Source of the DNA: Octopus sinensis | Lineage: Eukaryota | Length of the DNA: 13,693 nt | Direction of reading: 5' to 3' | Assembly (NCBI RefSeq): GCF_006345805.1 | Contig: NW_021826063.1 | Location: 1-13,693, forward strand | Part shown: positions 1 to 8,472 of the stretch, piece after piece | How the letters are laid out: each line of letters starts with the position of its first letter | How positions within the stretch are numbered: position 1 is the first letter of the stretch | The notes under the pieces: generated by a model | What the model was told of the DNA's origin: nothing | Seen by the model: only the letters and a program-made list of their open reading frames with translations | Database searches by the model: none | Position numbers and translations under genes: made by a program

Positions 1-57
1 TTAAAGAGTGTGTGTATTCAAGGTGTGGGTTATTATGAATATCTGGCTAAATTATAT

Positions 58-76
58 TGACGATGATGGTGGCAGT

Positions 77-108
<32 letters not shown>

Positions 109-110
109 CA

Positions 111-165
<55 letters not shown>

Positions 166-172
166 CGATGAC

Positions 173-224
<52 letters not shown>

Positions 225-270
225 GTGCTGATGATGATGATGATAATGAGGGTGTGATGATAATGATGTA
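58..270. repeat. (GAT)n/(GAC)n compound trinucleotide microsatellite
   Basis: Directly visible. It produces the poly-D/H/I/S/M ORFs in the track. Confidence 0.97.
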
Positions 271-302
271 ATAGCAAACAATAAAAGGAATCGAAAACAA
301 AA

Positions 303-420
303 TGAGAAGGAAACAAGAGCTGAAGCAAAGAAAGAAGGGATGAAGGAAGATGGGAAGGAAGGAAGGAAGAAAGGAATGAAGGAAGGAAGGGTGGGAGGAG
401 GGGAGGACGAGAGTGAGGAG
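303..420. repeat. Purine-rich (GGAA/GAAG) low-complexity tract
   Basis: Degenerate GGAA repeats, almost all purines. Confidence 0.8.
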
Positions 421-544
421 ATAAGATAGTATGTAATGAATAAATTTTTAAAGATGAAACAAATTGTGTCTAATTTGATTAAGGGTGTGGCTTTAGAAAT
501 TAATCAAAACATTGCAAAAAAAGTTATTGTTTTGTTGTATTGAA

Positions 545-668
545 GTTGATGATGATGACGACGACTACGATGAAGATGATGATGATGATGATGATAATGA
601 TATCATTACTTCTCTTCTAGTTGTCTTCATTGCCGGTGCGCTTATTGTTGTTATTGTTGTTGTTGTGT
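545..668. repeat. (GAT)n followed by a short (GTT)n microsatellite
   Basis: GAT/GAC run at about 545-602 and GTT run at about 645-668. Confidence 0.85.
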
Positions 669-1069
669 TTGTTCTTCTTGAAGGACATTACAAGGGCAAT
701 TCACAAAACAATTAAAATATGGTACAGTGTTGTGTCGAATGTGAAAGGAAAACAAACAAGTAAATAACTGCAAAGCTGTAAAAATATACAAACACACTGC
801 AACACACAATTTTCCCTTATTTTTAATCGCTTCTTAGATTTATTTTTCTGACATGTAAATCATAAATTATAATTTTTCTTCCTTTTTTTTTTGTCCCCAA
901 TACTTATCAAACCTAACTTAATTTATTTCTATTCTTTCCGCACCAAATTCTTCCCATCATATGGAACCAAGTGAACGTATCTCTTAACAATGACATAAAT
1001 TTTATTACCTATATTAGCTTAACCGTTTGTTTACTTTTTATTTAAATGTTTTATAACGCAGAATACTGT

Positions 1070-1117
1070 AGGCGTCTTTAAAGTAAAGCAAATTTTCAAT
1101 TTGAATCACACTCCGAA

Positions 1118-1169
<52 letters not shown>

Positions 1170-1266
1170 CCATCACCATCACCATCACCACCACCACCAC
1201 CAGGCGTCTTTAAAGTAAAGCAAATTTTCAATTTGAATCACACTCCGAATTCATCATCATCACCAC

Positions 1267-1313
<47 letters not shown>
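1070..1313. repeat. Tandem duplication of a 51-bp unique unit plus (CAT/CAC)n, period 132 bp
   Basis: aggcgtctttaaagtaaagcaaattttcaatttgaatcacactccgaattc is identical at 1070-1120 and 1202-1252. Each copy is followed by a CAT/CAC run. Confidence 0.95.
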
Positions 1314-1314
<1 letters not shown>

Positions 1315-1360
1315 ATTATCTTATTATTATTATTATTATTGCTATCATTATTATTATTAT

Positions 1361-1910
1361 TGAGTGTGAGAGTAGTGCATGTCATCAAAGTGACACTGGG
1401 GTAAAATTTCCCAAGCCCAGTATACCCATCATGACTACCCGTCTGATAAGGGTACACCAAGCACATGCATCACAACCAACTGTTTGCGACTTGGTGATCT
1501 CATAAAAAGATAAACAGCACATGACCTTGCAGGTGGGGCCCAGTTAGAATTTTTGTCAGGTCGAGTAGCACATCCCGACCAAAAGGACCCTGAATAAGAG
1601 TTGTTTAAGGATGTTGAACGAAACACCCATGTTTTCAGAGGTGAAATATTCGAACACCAAAGAATCCCTCTTAACACATGGCTATGATGCTCCCCCACTA
1701 CTTCTGCTCATGATCAGAGATGCACATATCGTCAGCCACTAAGGGACTGGTTATGGTCAAACAACTGACAAGCAAATCTGTGGTATTGAGCAGAATATTT
1801 GCTGTAGCCTATCTTTTACACCAAGACAAAACAATGTACATGATAACACTTCCAATCAGTTAAGATCAGAAGTCACGAGAACCACTGCCTGGTACTGCAT
1901 CAGGGTATTT
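1361..1910 (-). mobile_element. Non-coding ~550-bp interspersed element (probable non-autonomous retroelement) inserted in (TTA)n
   Basis: Complex sequence bounded sharply by (TTA)n on both sides (about 1321-1360 and 1911-1965). A 99-bp internal part recurs at 3143-3241. There is no credible ORF. The minus orientation is inferred from an (AAT)n tail and from the orientation of the shared module in the RLE element. Confidence 0.7.
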
Positions 1911-1920
1911 ATTATTGTTA

Positions 1921-1968
<48 letters not shown>

Positions 1969-1992
1969 CATCATCATCAACATCATTATTAT
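1911..1992. repeat. (TTA)n/(TCA)n microsatellite
   Basis: Directly visible. Confidence 0.95.
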
Positions 1993-1996
1993 TTAA

Positions 1997-2230
1997 GGCG
2001 GCGAGATGACAGAAACGTTAGCACGCTGGGCAAAATACTTAGCGGTATTTCTTCTCCCGTTACGTTCTGACTTCAAATTCCGCCGAGGTCGACTTTGCCT
2101 TTCATCCTTACGGGGGTCGATAAATTAAGGGCCAATTAAATATTGGGGTCGATGTGATCGACTCTCCTTCTCCCAACGAATTCCAGGCCTTGTGCCTATA
2201 CAAGAAAGGATCATTATTATTATTATTATT
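1997..2230 (+). mobile_element. tRNA-derived SINE, near full length, with (ATT)n tail
   Basis: Head ggcggcgagatgacagaaacgttagc is A-box-like and gacttcaaattcc (about 2069-2081) is B-box-like. Body gcctttcatcc..ggggtcgataaattaag...tggggtcgatgtgatcgac, then an ATT tail. Homologous copies lie at 4389-4587 and 4889-5050. Confidence 0.88.
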
Positions 2231-2270
2231 CTGTCCACAGCTAACGAAGTTTGACACTTGTTTATTGGTA

Positions 2271-2351
2271 ATCATCATCATCATCATCATCATCGTCGTC
2301 GTCGTCGTCGTCATCGTCATCATCATCATCATTATTATTATTATTATCATC
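2271..2351. repeat. (ATC)/(GTC)/(ATT) compound microsatellite; tail or target of the adjacent RLE element
   Basis: Directly visible. It abuts the 3' end of the minus-strand element at 2352. Confidence 0.93.
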
Positions 2352-2449
2352 AAAGACTCTCGGATTGTTCTTAATTACCGGTTATTCTTTACTTGAAAGC
2401 AGGCAATAACAAATCACCAAAGGTTTCAAGTAGTGCCTTCTCCTGTGAC

Positions 2450-2777
2450 TCAAAGAGACAATACTCTCCTTAGAATGCGAGCGGTACCCAAGAATGCCGT
2501 CTTCTGGATCACTTCGAGCCTGACAGCGGCTCCAATATTCTTAATATGTTTTTCAAAATCCTTGCAAAAGTGCTCCTAGTGCTCCGGTTACCACCGGTAT
2601 CACCATCACTTTCCTCATACCCCATAACTTTCCTATCTCGTCCCGCAGTGGCTGGTTTTTCTCAATCTTTTCTCTTTCCTTACATTTCACCCTCGAATCG
2701 CCTGGTATTGCAACATCTATTATCTTTACTTCTTTTTCATCTTTATGGGTGAGCACGATATCTGGTCGTCTATGACA
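2450..2777 (-). pseudogene. Restriction-like endonuclease (PD-(D/E)xK-type) C-terminus of an R4/Dong-like retrotransposon ORF, frameshifted
   Basis: Translates as HRRPDIVLTHKDEKEVKIIDVAIPGDSRVKCKEREKIEKNQPLRDEIGKLWGMRKVMVIPVVTGALGAL, then a frameshift at about 2565-2572, then KDFEKHIKNIGAAVRLEVIQKTAFLGTARILRRVLSL*. It carries the RPD..D..K..K(Y) and 'IPVVxGALG' RLE motifs. The usual KY reads KN here. Confidence 0.92.
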
Positions 2778-3142
2778 ACTACTAGGTAAGACATTTGTAT
2801 TTTGGGATTCAGTTTTGCTTGCGTTGCCGGAACCTCGTCGGTTGGGGTTGTGCCACCGGCAGGGGGAAGAGATACCGTTGGCGGGAAATGTACCATCAAC
2901 AGTAGAATTGGATATCCTCCACCCAGAGGAAGACGAATTATTAGTCTTCTATAGAGGCGGAGAGATTAAAAAGGTGGGGAGAAAGCACCATAAGCCTCCA
3001 CATAGGATCCCGAATGACCTCCGCAGATAGCTGTGGAGGTCATAACGTTGCCCTTGACGTCTAGGCTGGAGGGACTCAATGAGGAATATCGCTTGTGGCC
3101 GGGCGACGCCGACATGGCACCCGCTCTAATTTTGAATGAGGC

Positions 3143-3241
3143 GTACACCAAGCACATGCATCACAACCAACTGTTTGCGACTTGGTGATCTCATATCAAG
3201 ATAAACAGCACATGACCTTGCAGGTGGGGCCCAGTTAGAAT
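3143..3241 (-). repeat. 99-bp direct copy of 1452-1550
   Basis: gtacaccaagcacatg...ggggcccagttagaat. The only difference is cataaaaaga vs catatcaaga (97/99 identical). Confidence 0.97.
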
Positions 3242-3408
3242 GTAAATAAGGAGAGACCAGGTAAAGCAAACTTAATATAAGATTGGAAAGTGAGCGACTA
3301 CTGGCAAGGTTACCAGTGACTCTTTATACACTCACTTGCAATATTAGTCCTGACAACACGAGTTGCACAGAACGCACATCTGTAAATTTATGTATTATAT
3401 GCAGCCAG

Positions 3409-3495
3409 CTATCTATCGATCTATCTATCTATCTGTCTATCTATCTATCTATTTATTTATCTATCTATCTATCTGTCTATCTATCTATCTATCTG

Positions 3496-3548
<53 letters not shown>
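3409..3548. repeat. (TATC)n microsatellite
   Basis: Directly visible. Confidence 0.97.
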
Positions 3549-3829
3549 CGAGCACAAGCGATGTTGAAGAGGAATATGGATAAGAGGTTGAAAAGTCTCA
3601 GTGTTATAGAAAGTTCCTTTTGTTATTAAATATTGTGAATAATGTAGAGGTTTGGTGTCTCATGAACAATATACAAGAGATCAATGTCCTCGGCAAAAAG
3701 TCAAGCGACGGGCATCGTTTTTTTCCCCCTTTAATCATCATTTTCATTTTGATTTCATATAACATTATGTCTACATCCAGCTCGCAGCTCCCTTTCTCTG
3801 TGTAAGGCCTTATGGCCAATATAATAAAA

Positions 3830-4220
3830 TAAAGAATATTTCTTCCTGACCACTTGTTTCCTGGTTCAGACCTATAGCGTGACGCCTTGGGCAAGTCTCT
3901 TCTATTGTAGCCCGGGCCGACCAAAGTCTTGTGAGTGGATTTGGTAGACGGAAACCGAAAGAAGCCTGTCATGTATAAATGTATATATATATATATGTGT
4001 GTGTGTGTGTATTTATGTGTGTGTGCGTTTGTGTCTATATTTACCCTGCACCCATCATCCCTTGACAACAGATGTTGGTGTGTTTACATCCCCAAAATCT
4101 AACTGTTCGGCAAAAGAGACTGACAGAATAAGTACTAGGCTTAGAAAGAATAAATCCTGGGGGTCGACTAAAGGTGGTGCTCCAGCATAACCGCAGTCAA
4201 ATGACTGAAACGTATAAAAA
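3830..4220 (+). mobile_element. CORE-type tRNA-derived SINE (octopus OR-like) with an internal (TA)/(TG) microsatellite
   Basis: B-box-like ggttcagacc at about 3863. CORE-like gtgacgccttgggcaagtctctt. Body ccgaccaaagtcttgtgagtggatttggtagacggaaaccgaaagaagcc. Internal TA/TG run at about 3975-4035. The 3' part ends gtcaaatgactgaaac. The 5' boundary is degraded and approximate. Confidence 0.8.
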
Positions 4221-4388
4221 GGCAATGTAATTTGAAAATATCGAATCCGCTGTGAACAATGATGTACATCTTTACATGGGTGTGAAGCTGTGAAGTGATG
4301 ACATATATGTACATGTATATGTGTGTGCGTGTGTTTGTGAATATGGATACGTTTGTATGTATTGATATTTAATATAGACTACATTTAA

Positions 4389-4587
4389 GGCGGCAAGCTG
4401 GCAGAATGGTCAGCAGGCTGGGCAGATCTCTATGCAGCATTTCGCCCGTCCTTACGTCCCTGCGCCTGTGTTTGCATTTCATCGTTTGGCGATCGATGAA
4501 GTAAGTAGCTGTTGGACAGTGGGGTCGATGTAATCGACCACATCCTAACCCGAAATTGCTGGCACTGTGCCAAAATTTGAAACCAAT
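4389..4587 (+). mobile_element. Diverged copy of the tRNA-derived SINE at 1997, B-box region deleted
   Basis: Head ggcggcaagctggcagaa, then tttgcatttcatc, tggggtcgatgtaatcgac and gcactgtgccaaaatttgaaac. These align in order with 1997-2210. Confidence 0.8.
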
Positions 4588-4789
4588 TTATAATGCATCT
4601 AGAAACACATTCTTTGGTTGAGTTGGCTTGCACGTATATTTAGGGGCCCGGAGGAAGCCTTTGGAGAGGTTCTTGCTTAGATACACACTGCAAGCCCACA
4701 TTTTTGATGTTGCCTTTAACTTGCCTCTAAAGTGCCCACCACAACCACCACCATCACCACCAGCATCTTGGTAGCTTCCTTCAAACCAC

Positions 4790-4816
4790 TCACACACACA
4801 CACACACACACACACA
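4790..4816. repeat. (CA)n microsatellite
   Basis: Directly visible. Confidence 0.95.
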
Positions 4817-4888
4817 TGCTCTTTCGATTACTTTTTAGTAAATTTAGAAATAATTTTTATAGGGTAAGTCTAAAAAATTCGAAGAGGG

Positions 4889-5050
4889 TGACATCAGTAT
4901 TTCATTGGTACTTTATTGGTACTTTATTTACTATGTAAATATGAATAGCAGTGTAGTCCAGAGCGGGATTTGAACTCATTAGGTAAGGAGCTACAAGAAA
5001 TGCCACAAGGCATACTTAGGCGTTGTTCTAGAATTTCTGCCAATCCACCA
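4889..5050 (-). mobile_element. Old, degraded tRNA-derived SINE related to the 1997 family
   Basis: The reverse complement reads ggtggattggcagaa (head), gagttcaaatccc (B box) and aaataaagtacca (body motif). It contains an 11-bp tandem duplication, attggtacttt x2, at about 4904-4925. Confidence 0.6.
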
Positions 5051-5169
5051 ACGTCGGAAATTTACAAATATTAAAACAATTTACGTATTGACTTCGCTTT
5101 GAACTTTAAAGTACATCTGTACTTTACATACGTATGAAGAATGATACCCACACACACAATACACTCAGA

Positions 5170-5385
5170 TGTATATACATGTATGCATATATGTGTATGT
5201 GGTGTATTCATATATATATTTGTATATTTGTATATATAATTTATATATATATATAATATATATATAATATATATATATATAATATATATATATAATATAT
5301 ATATAAATAAATGCATAGACATGCACACGTACACGCATACATGCACATTACACATACACACACCTACACGTGCACACACATGCAT
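5170..5385. repeat. (TA)n/(CA)n degenerate microsatellite
   Basis: Directly visible. Confidence 0.88.
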
Positions 5386-5467
5386 ATGGAAATGATGTTG
5401 ATGGCGATGATGATGTTATCGTTACTAATGTTATAGCTGTCTTTGCGCTGGTGCATTTATGGTTCTC

Positions 5468-6074
5468 ATGCATGTATGTATGTTTGTATGTATGTATGTA
5501 TGTATGTGTGTATGTATGTAAGATGTATGTATGTATGTATGTATGTATGTATGTATGTATGTATGTATGTATGTAGGCATGTATGTATGTATGTATGTAT
5601 GTATGTATGTATGTATGTATGGTATGTATATGTATGTTGTATGTATGTATGTATGTATGTATGTATGTATGTATGTATGTATGTATGTATGTAGGCATGT
5701 ATGTATGTATGTATGTATGTAGTATGTATGTAGTATGTATGTATGTATGTATGTATGTATGTTAGGCATGTATGTATGTATGTATGTATGTATGTATGTA
5801 TGTATGTATGTATGTATGTACGTATGTATGTATGTATGTATGTATGTAGGCATGTAGTGTATGTATGTATGTATGTATGTATGTATGTATGTATGTATGT
5901 ATGTTGTATGTATGTATGCATGCATGTATGTATGTATGTATGTATGTATGTATGTATGTATGTATGCATGCATGTATGTATGTATGTATGTATGTATGTA
6001 TGTATGTATGTGTGCATGCATGCATGTGTATATGCAGATATGTATGTGTGCATGTATATATGCAGGTATGTATG

Positions 6075-6108
<34 letters not shown>

Positions 6109-6295
6109 TGTATGTATGTATGTATGTATGCATGCATGTATGTATGTATGTATGTATGTATGTATGTATGTATGTATGTATGTATGTATGTATGTATGTG
6201 TGCATGCATGCATGTGTATATGCAGATATGTATGTGTGCATGAATATATGCAGGTATGTATGTATATATGCATATACGTATACGTATACGTATGT
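5468..6295. repeat. Long (TATG)n microsatellite with variant units
   Basis: About 830 bp of TATG, interrupted by TAGGCATG and GCATGCATG variants. It is the source of all the YIHT/MYVC ORFs. Confidence 0.98.
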
Positions 6296-6649
6296 GCAGC
6301 AGACAATTAAATTTTAATTTTCTATAAATATATAATTTAATCAATGATGTTAGTTTTGCAATATTTTGGAAGGTAGAAAAGGATATACATGAGAGATGTG
6401 TGCGTGTGTGTGTGTGTATGTATATATATACATACATATATATATATAAGAGATTTACAAATGATTCGAATTCAGGGTGAGTGTATGACTGTGCTGCAAT
6501 GCAGTCTGTTGTGACGTCATTATGTCAGGGCTCTCCCCCCCAAATTCTCGGTCGGGCGCCATATTTTCATGCGACGCTTTGTCAAACAGAAAATTGTTAT
6601 TAAATAATATATAACGATTACATAATTTTCGGAGATTTGGCCAATTTCT

Positions 6650-7185
6650 CCATCACCACCTCCAGAAGCTGTGCCATCTTTATCACCACAGCAACAAGAA
6701 TGAATCATTGCCACCATTAGAACCACCACCACTACCACCACCACTACCACCACCAACACCACCACCACCATCACTACCACTGCCGCCGCCGCCGCCGCCA
6801 TCATTATTATTACCACCAATACCGTTCGCACACCACATATCCAACACCACCAAAGTTTATACACCTTCACCACTGCTGCCAGCACTACCACCACCGACAA
6901 CACCAACGCCACCACTCACGCCATCCCCGCCATCAGCGCCACCACTACAATGAAGCAGCACCGCGAACACTAACACTACCGCAATCGTCACCAATACCAT
7001 CACCACCACTACCAGCACCGCCAACACCGATACAGCATCGCCATTGCCACCATCAGTTCCACCACCACAAAGAGAACGCATTACCACCACAACCCCAACC
7101 GCCATCATCTTCCCCAGCCATACCACACATCCACCAACACATCACCACCACCACAAGCATTAGAGCCATCAACACCACCACCTTC
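6650..7185. repeat. Degenerate (ACC/GCC/ATC)n trinucleotide low-complexity tract
   Basis: Imperfect CAC/CAA/CAT triplets. These give the poly-P/V/G ORFs. Confidence 0.88.
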
Positions 7186-7203
7186 AAATATTGGTAACGC
7201 TAC

Positions 7204-7325
7204 AGTTGTTGCTTAGCCCCAGGTCACTCCGGCACCAGCAGCCCCACGCACCAAAGGTCTTTCACATGCAGCCATTTTGGTTTTGTTGGTTTTTCCCGTT
7301 GCTTTTAGCAGATCGAACCACCAGC
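7204..7325 (-). mobile_element. Degraded interspersed repeat with a (GTT)n end, copy 1
   Basis: gttgttgcttagccccaggtcactcc...accaaaggtctttcacatgcagccatt...ttttagcag loosely aligns with 7550-7740. The strand is inferred from an (AAC)n tail. Confidence 0.4.
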
Positions 7326-7549
7326 TCTAGATTCGAAAGTAATACTGCTGAATTGGTAATTCTACTGATTCCTCCCATAATCCTTCTCTACCGCTTTCTC
7401 TCTCTTACTCATCCCCCTCCTCCTCCTCCTCCTCTCATCATCATCATCATCGTCATCTACCTCCCATCGGTAATAACCACATAGTTGCTACTAAGCCGAA
7501 GATACTTTTGTAGGATTTGAACACATCATGTAGAAGAACGGGATTATGT

Positions 7550-7740
7550 AGTTGTGGTTGTTGTTGTTGTTGTTGTTATACCTCGGGTAAAACTTGATCG
7601 AGTGAAGCCATGATCAAAATATTCATCTGTGACCATTCCGATCGGTAGGAATATATAACGCAACTTTCAAGGTCTCATTCTATATTTAAGAAAGCAGGTT
7701 GTGGCTGGAAGAAAATGTAAGACGGTCTTCTTCTTAGCAA
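7550..7740 (-). mobile_element. Degraded interspersed repeat with a (GTT)n end, copy 2
   Basis: (GTT)n, then atacctcgggtaaaacttgatcgag...atgatcaaaatattcatctgtgaccatt...ttcttagca. Same motif order as copy 1. Confidence 0.45.
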
Positions 7741-7792
7741 TAAAAAGAAAAAGATACCCTCTACAACATTCGTTGAATTATCATCTCCCATT

Positions 7793-7835
7793 CATATATA
7801 ATGTACATATGCATATATATACATAATATATATAT

Positions 7836-7905
<70 letters not shown>

Positions 7906-7911
7906 ATATAT
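7793..7911. repeat. (TA)n microsatellite
   Basis: Directly visible. Confidence 0.96.
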
Positions 7912-8196
7912 CACAAATAAGTGTGAAAAATTGGATATTAATTTAATAATACCTTCAATTTAACACAAGTGGCTTAGCGCATAAAAGCCAGGGATACAAT
8001 AAAAATGTATACACAAATATAAGAGAGTGGCCACAATATGGTCGACTCTAGCGCTAAAAATAGATCCGCTATGGTATCAGCCACTAAAAAATTGTTTCCA
8101 AGGAGAATTAACACAACATTTAACGTAAACGAGCAGAGCAAGTGTAAATAACAAAAATATAGATTAGTGGTCACTCTCTTATATTTTTATATACAT
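7912..8196 (-). mobile_element. Probable Penelope-like element terminal (pLTR) fragment with an inverted 30-bp tail
   Basis: Sits between two (TA)n runs. 8005-8034 and 8167-8196 form an inverted repeat (27/30). A hammerhead-like three-stem fold lies on the minus strand at 8026-8085. An inverted tail next to a hammerhead is characteristic of Penelope-like elements. Confidence 0.55.
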
Positions 8197-8337
8197 ATAT
8201 ATATATATATATAACTAAGCCGAAGAGCTTAGTTAAGAGGAGGTAAGCAAACAAGACAACACTGGTATTCAGGACAACATTTGGAGACAAACACAAACAC
8301 ATAATAAACACACGCACTCGTGCATATATACATACAA

Positions 8338-8469
<132 letters not shown>

Positions 8470-8472
8470 CAT

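Larger units (their letters stand above)
2352..3241 (-). mobile_element. Internally deleted or chimeric R4/Dong-like non-LTR retrotransposon (RLE type)
   Basis: Minus-strand order: 99-bp module shared with 1452-1550; a unique region starting MSASPGHKR at 3115; RLE C-terminal domain; stop at 2450-2452; ~100-nt 3' UTR; (TGA/TAA)n tail. No RT domain is present. The RLE part is well supported. The linkage of 2780-3241 to it is inferred. Confidence 0.7.

Noticed and set aside
8-328. Poly-D/H/S/I/M ORFs
   Set aside because: They come from the (GAT)n microsatellite, which is open in several frames.
1070-1313. CRISPR-like repeat-spacer pattern
   Set aside because: Only two 51-bp units, the 'spacers' are microsatellites, there are no cas genes and the context is eukaryotic.
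1690-1745. CUGACGA hammerhead core on the minus strand of the 550-bp element
   Set aside because: No stem II closed by GAAA and no correctly placed UH could be built.
1997-2085. tRNA gene
   Set aside because: The A/B-box-like motifs belong to a SINE head. There is no cloverleaf, and the sequence continues into a SINE body and tail.
5431-6437. Long ORFs of 291 and 323 aa (YIHT/MYVC repeats)
   Set aside because: They are translations of (TATG)n, which has no stop codon in most frames. There is no protein-like content.
6512-6519. Perfect CRE site TGACGTCA (also an octamer ATTTGCAT at 11201-11208)
   Set aside because: Isolated 8-mers with no gene context cannot be distinguished from chance.
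6520-7126. Proline-rich, extensin-like or Gly/Val-rich ORFs
   Set aside because: They come from degenerate (ACC)n repeats. There is no splice or domain support.
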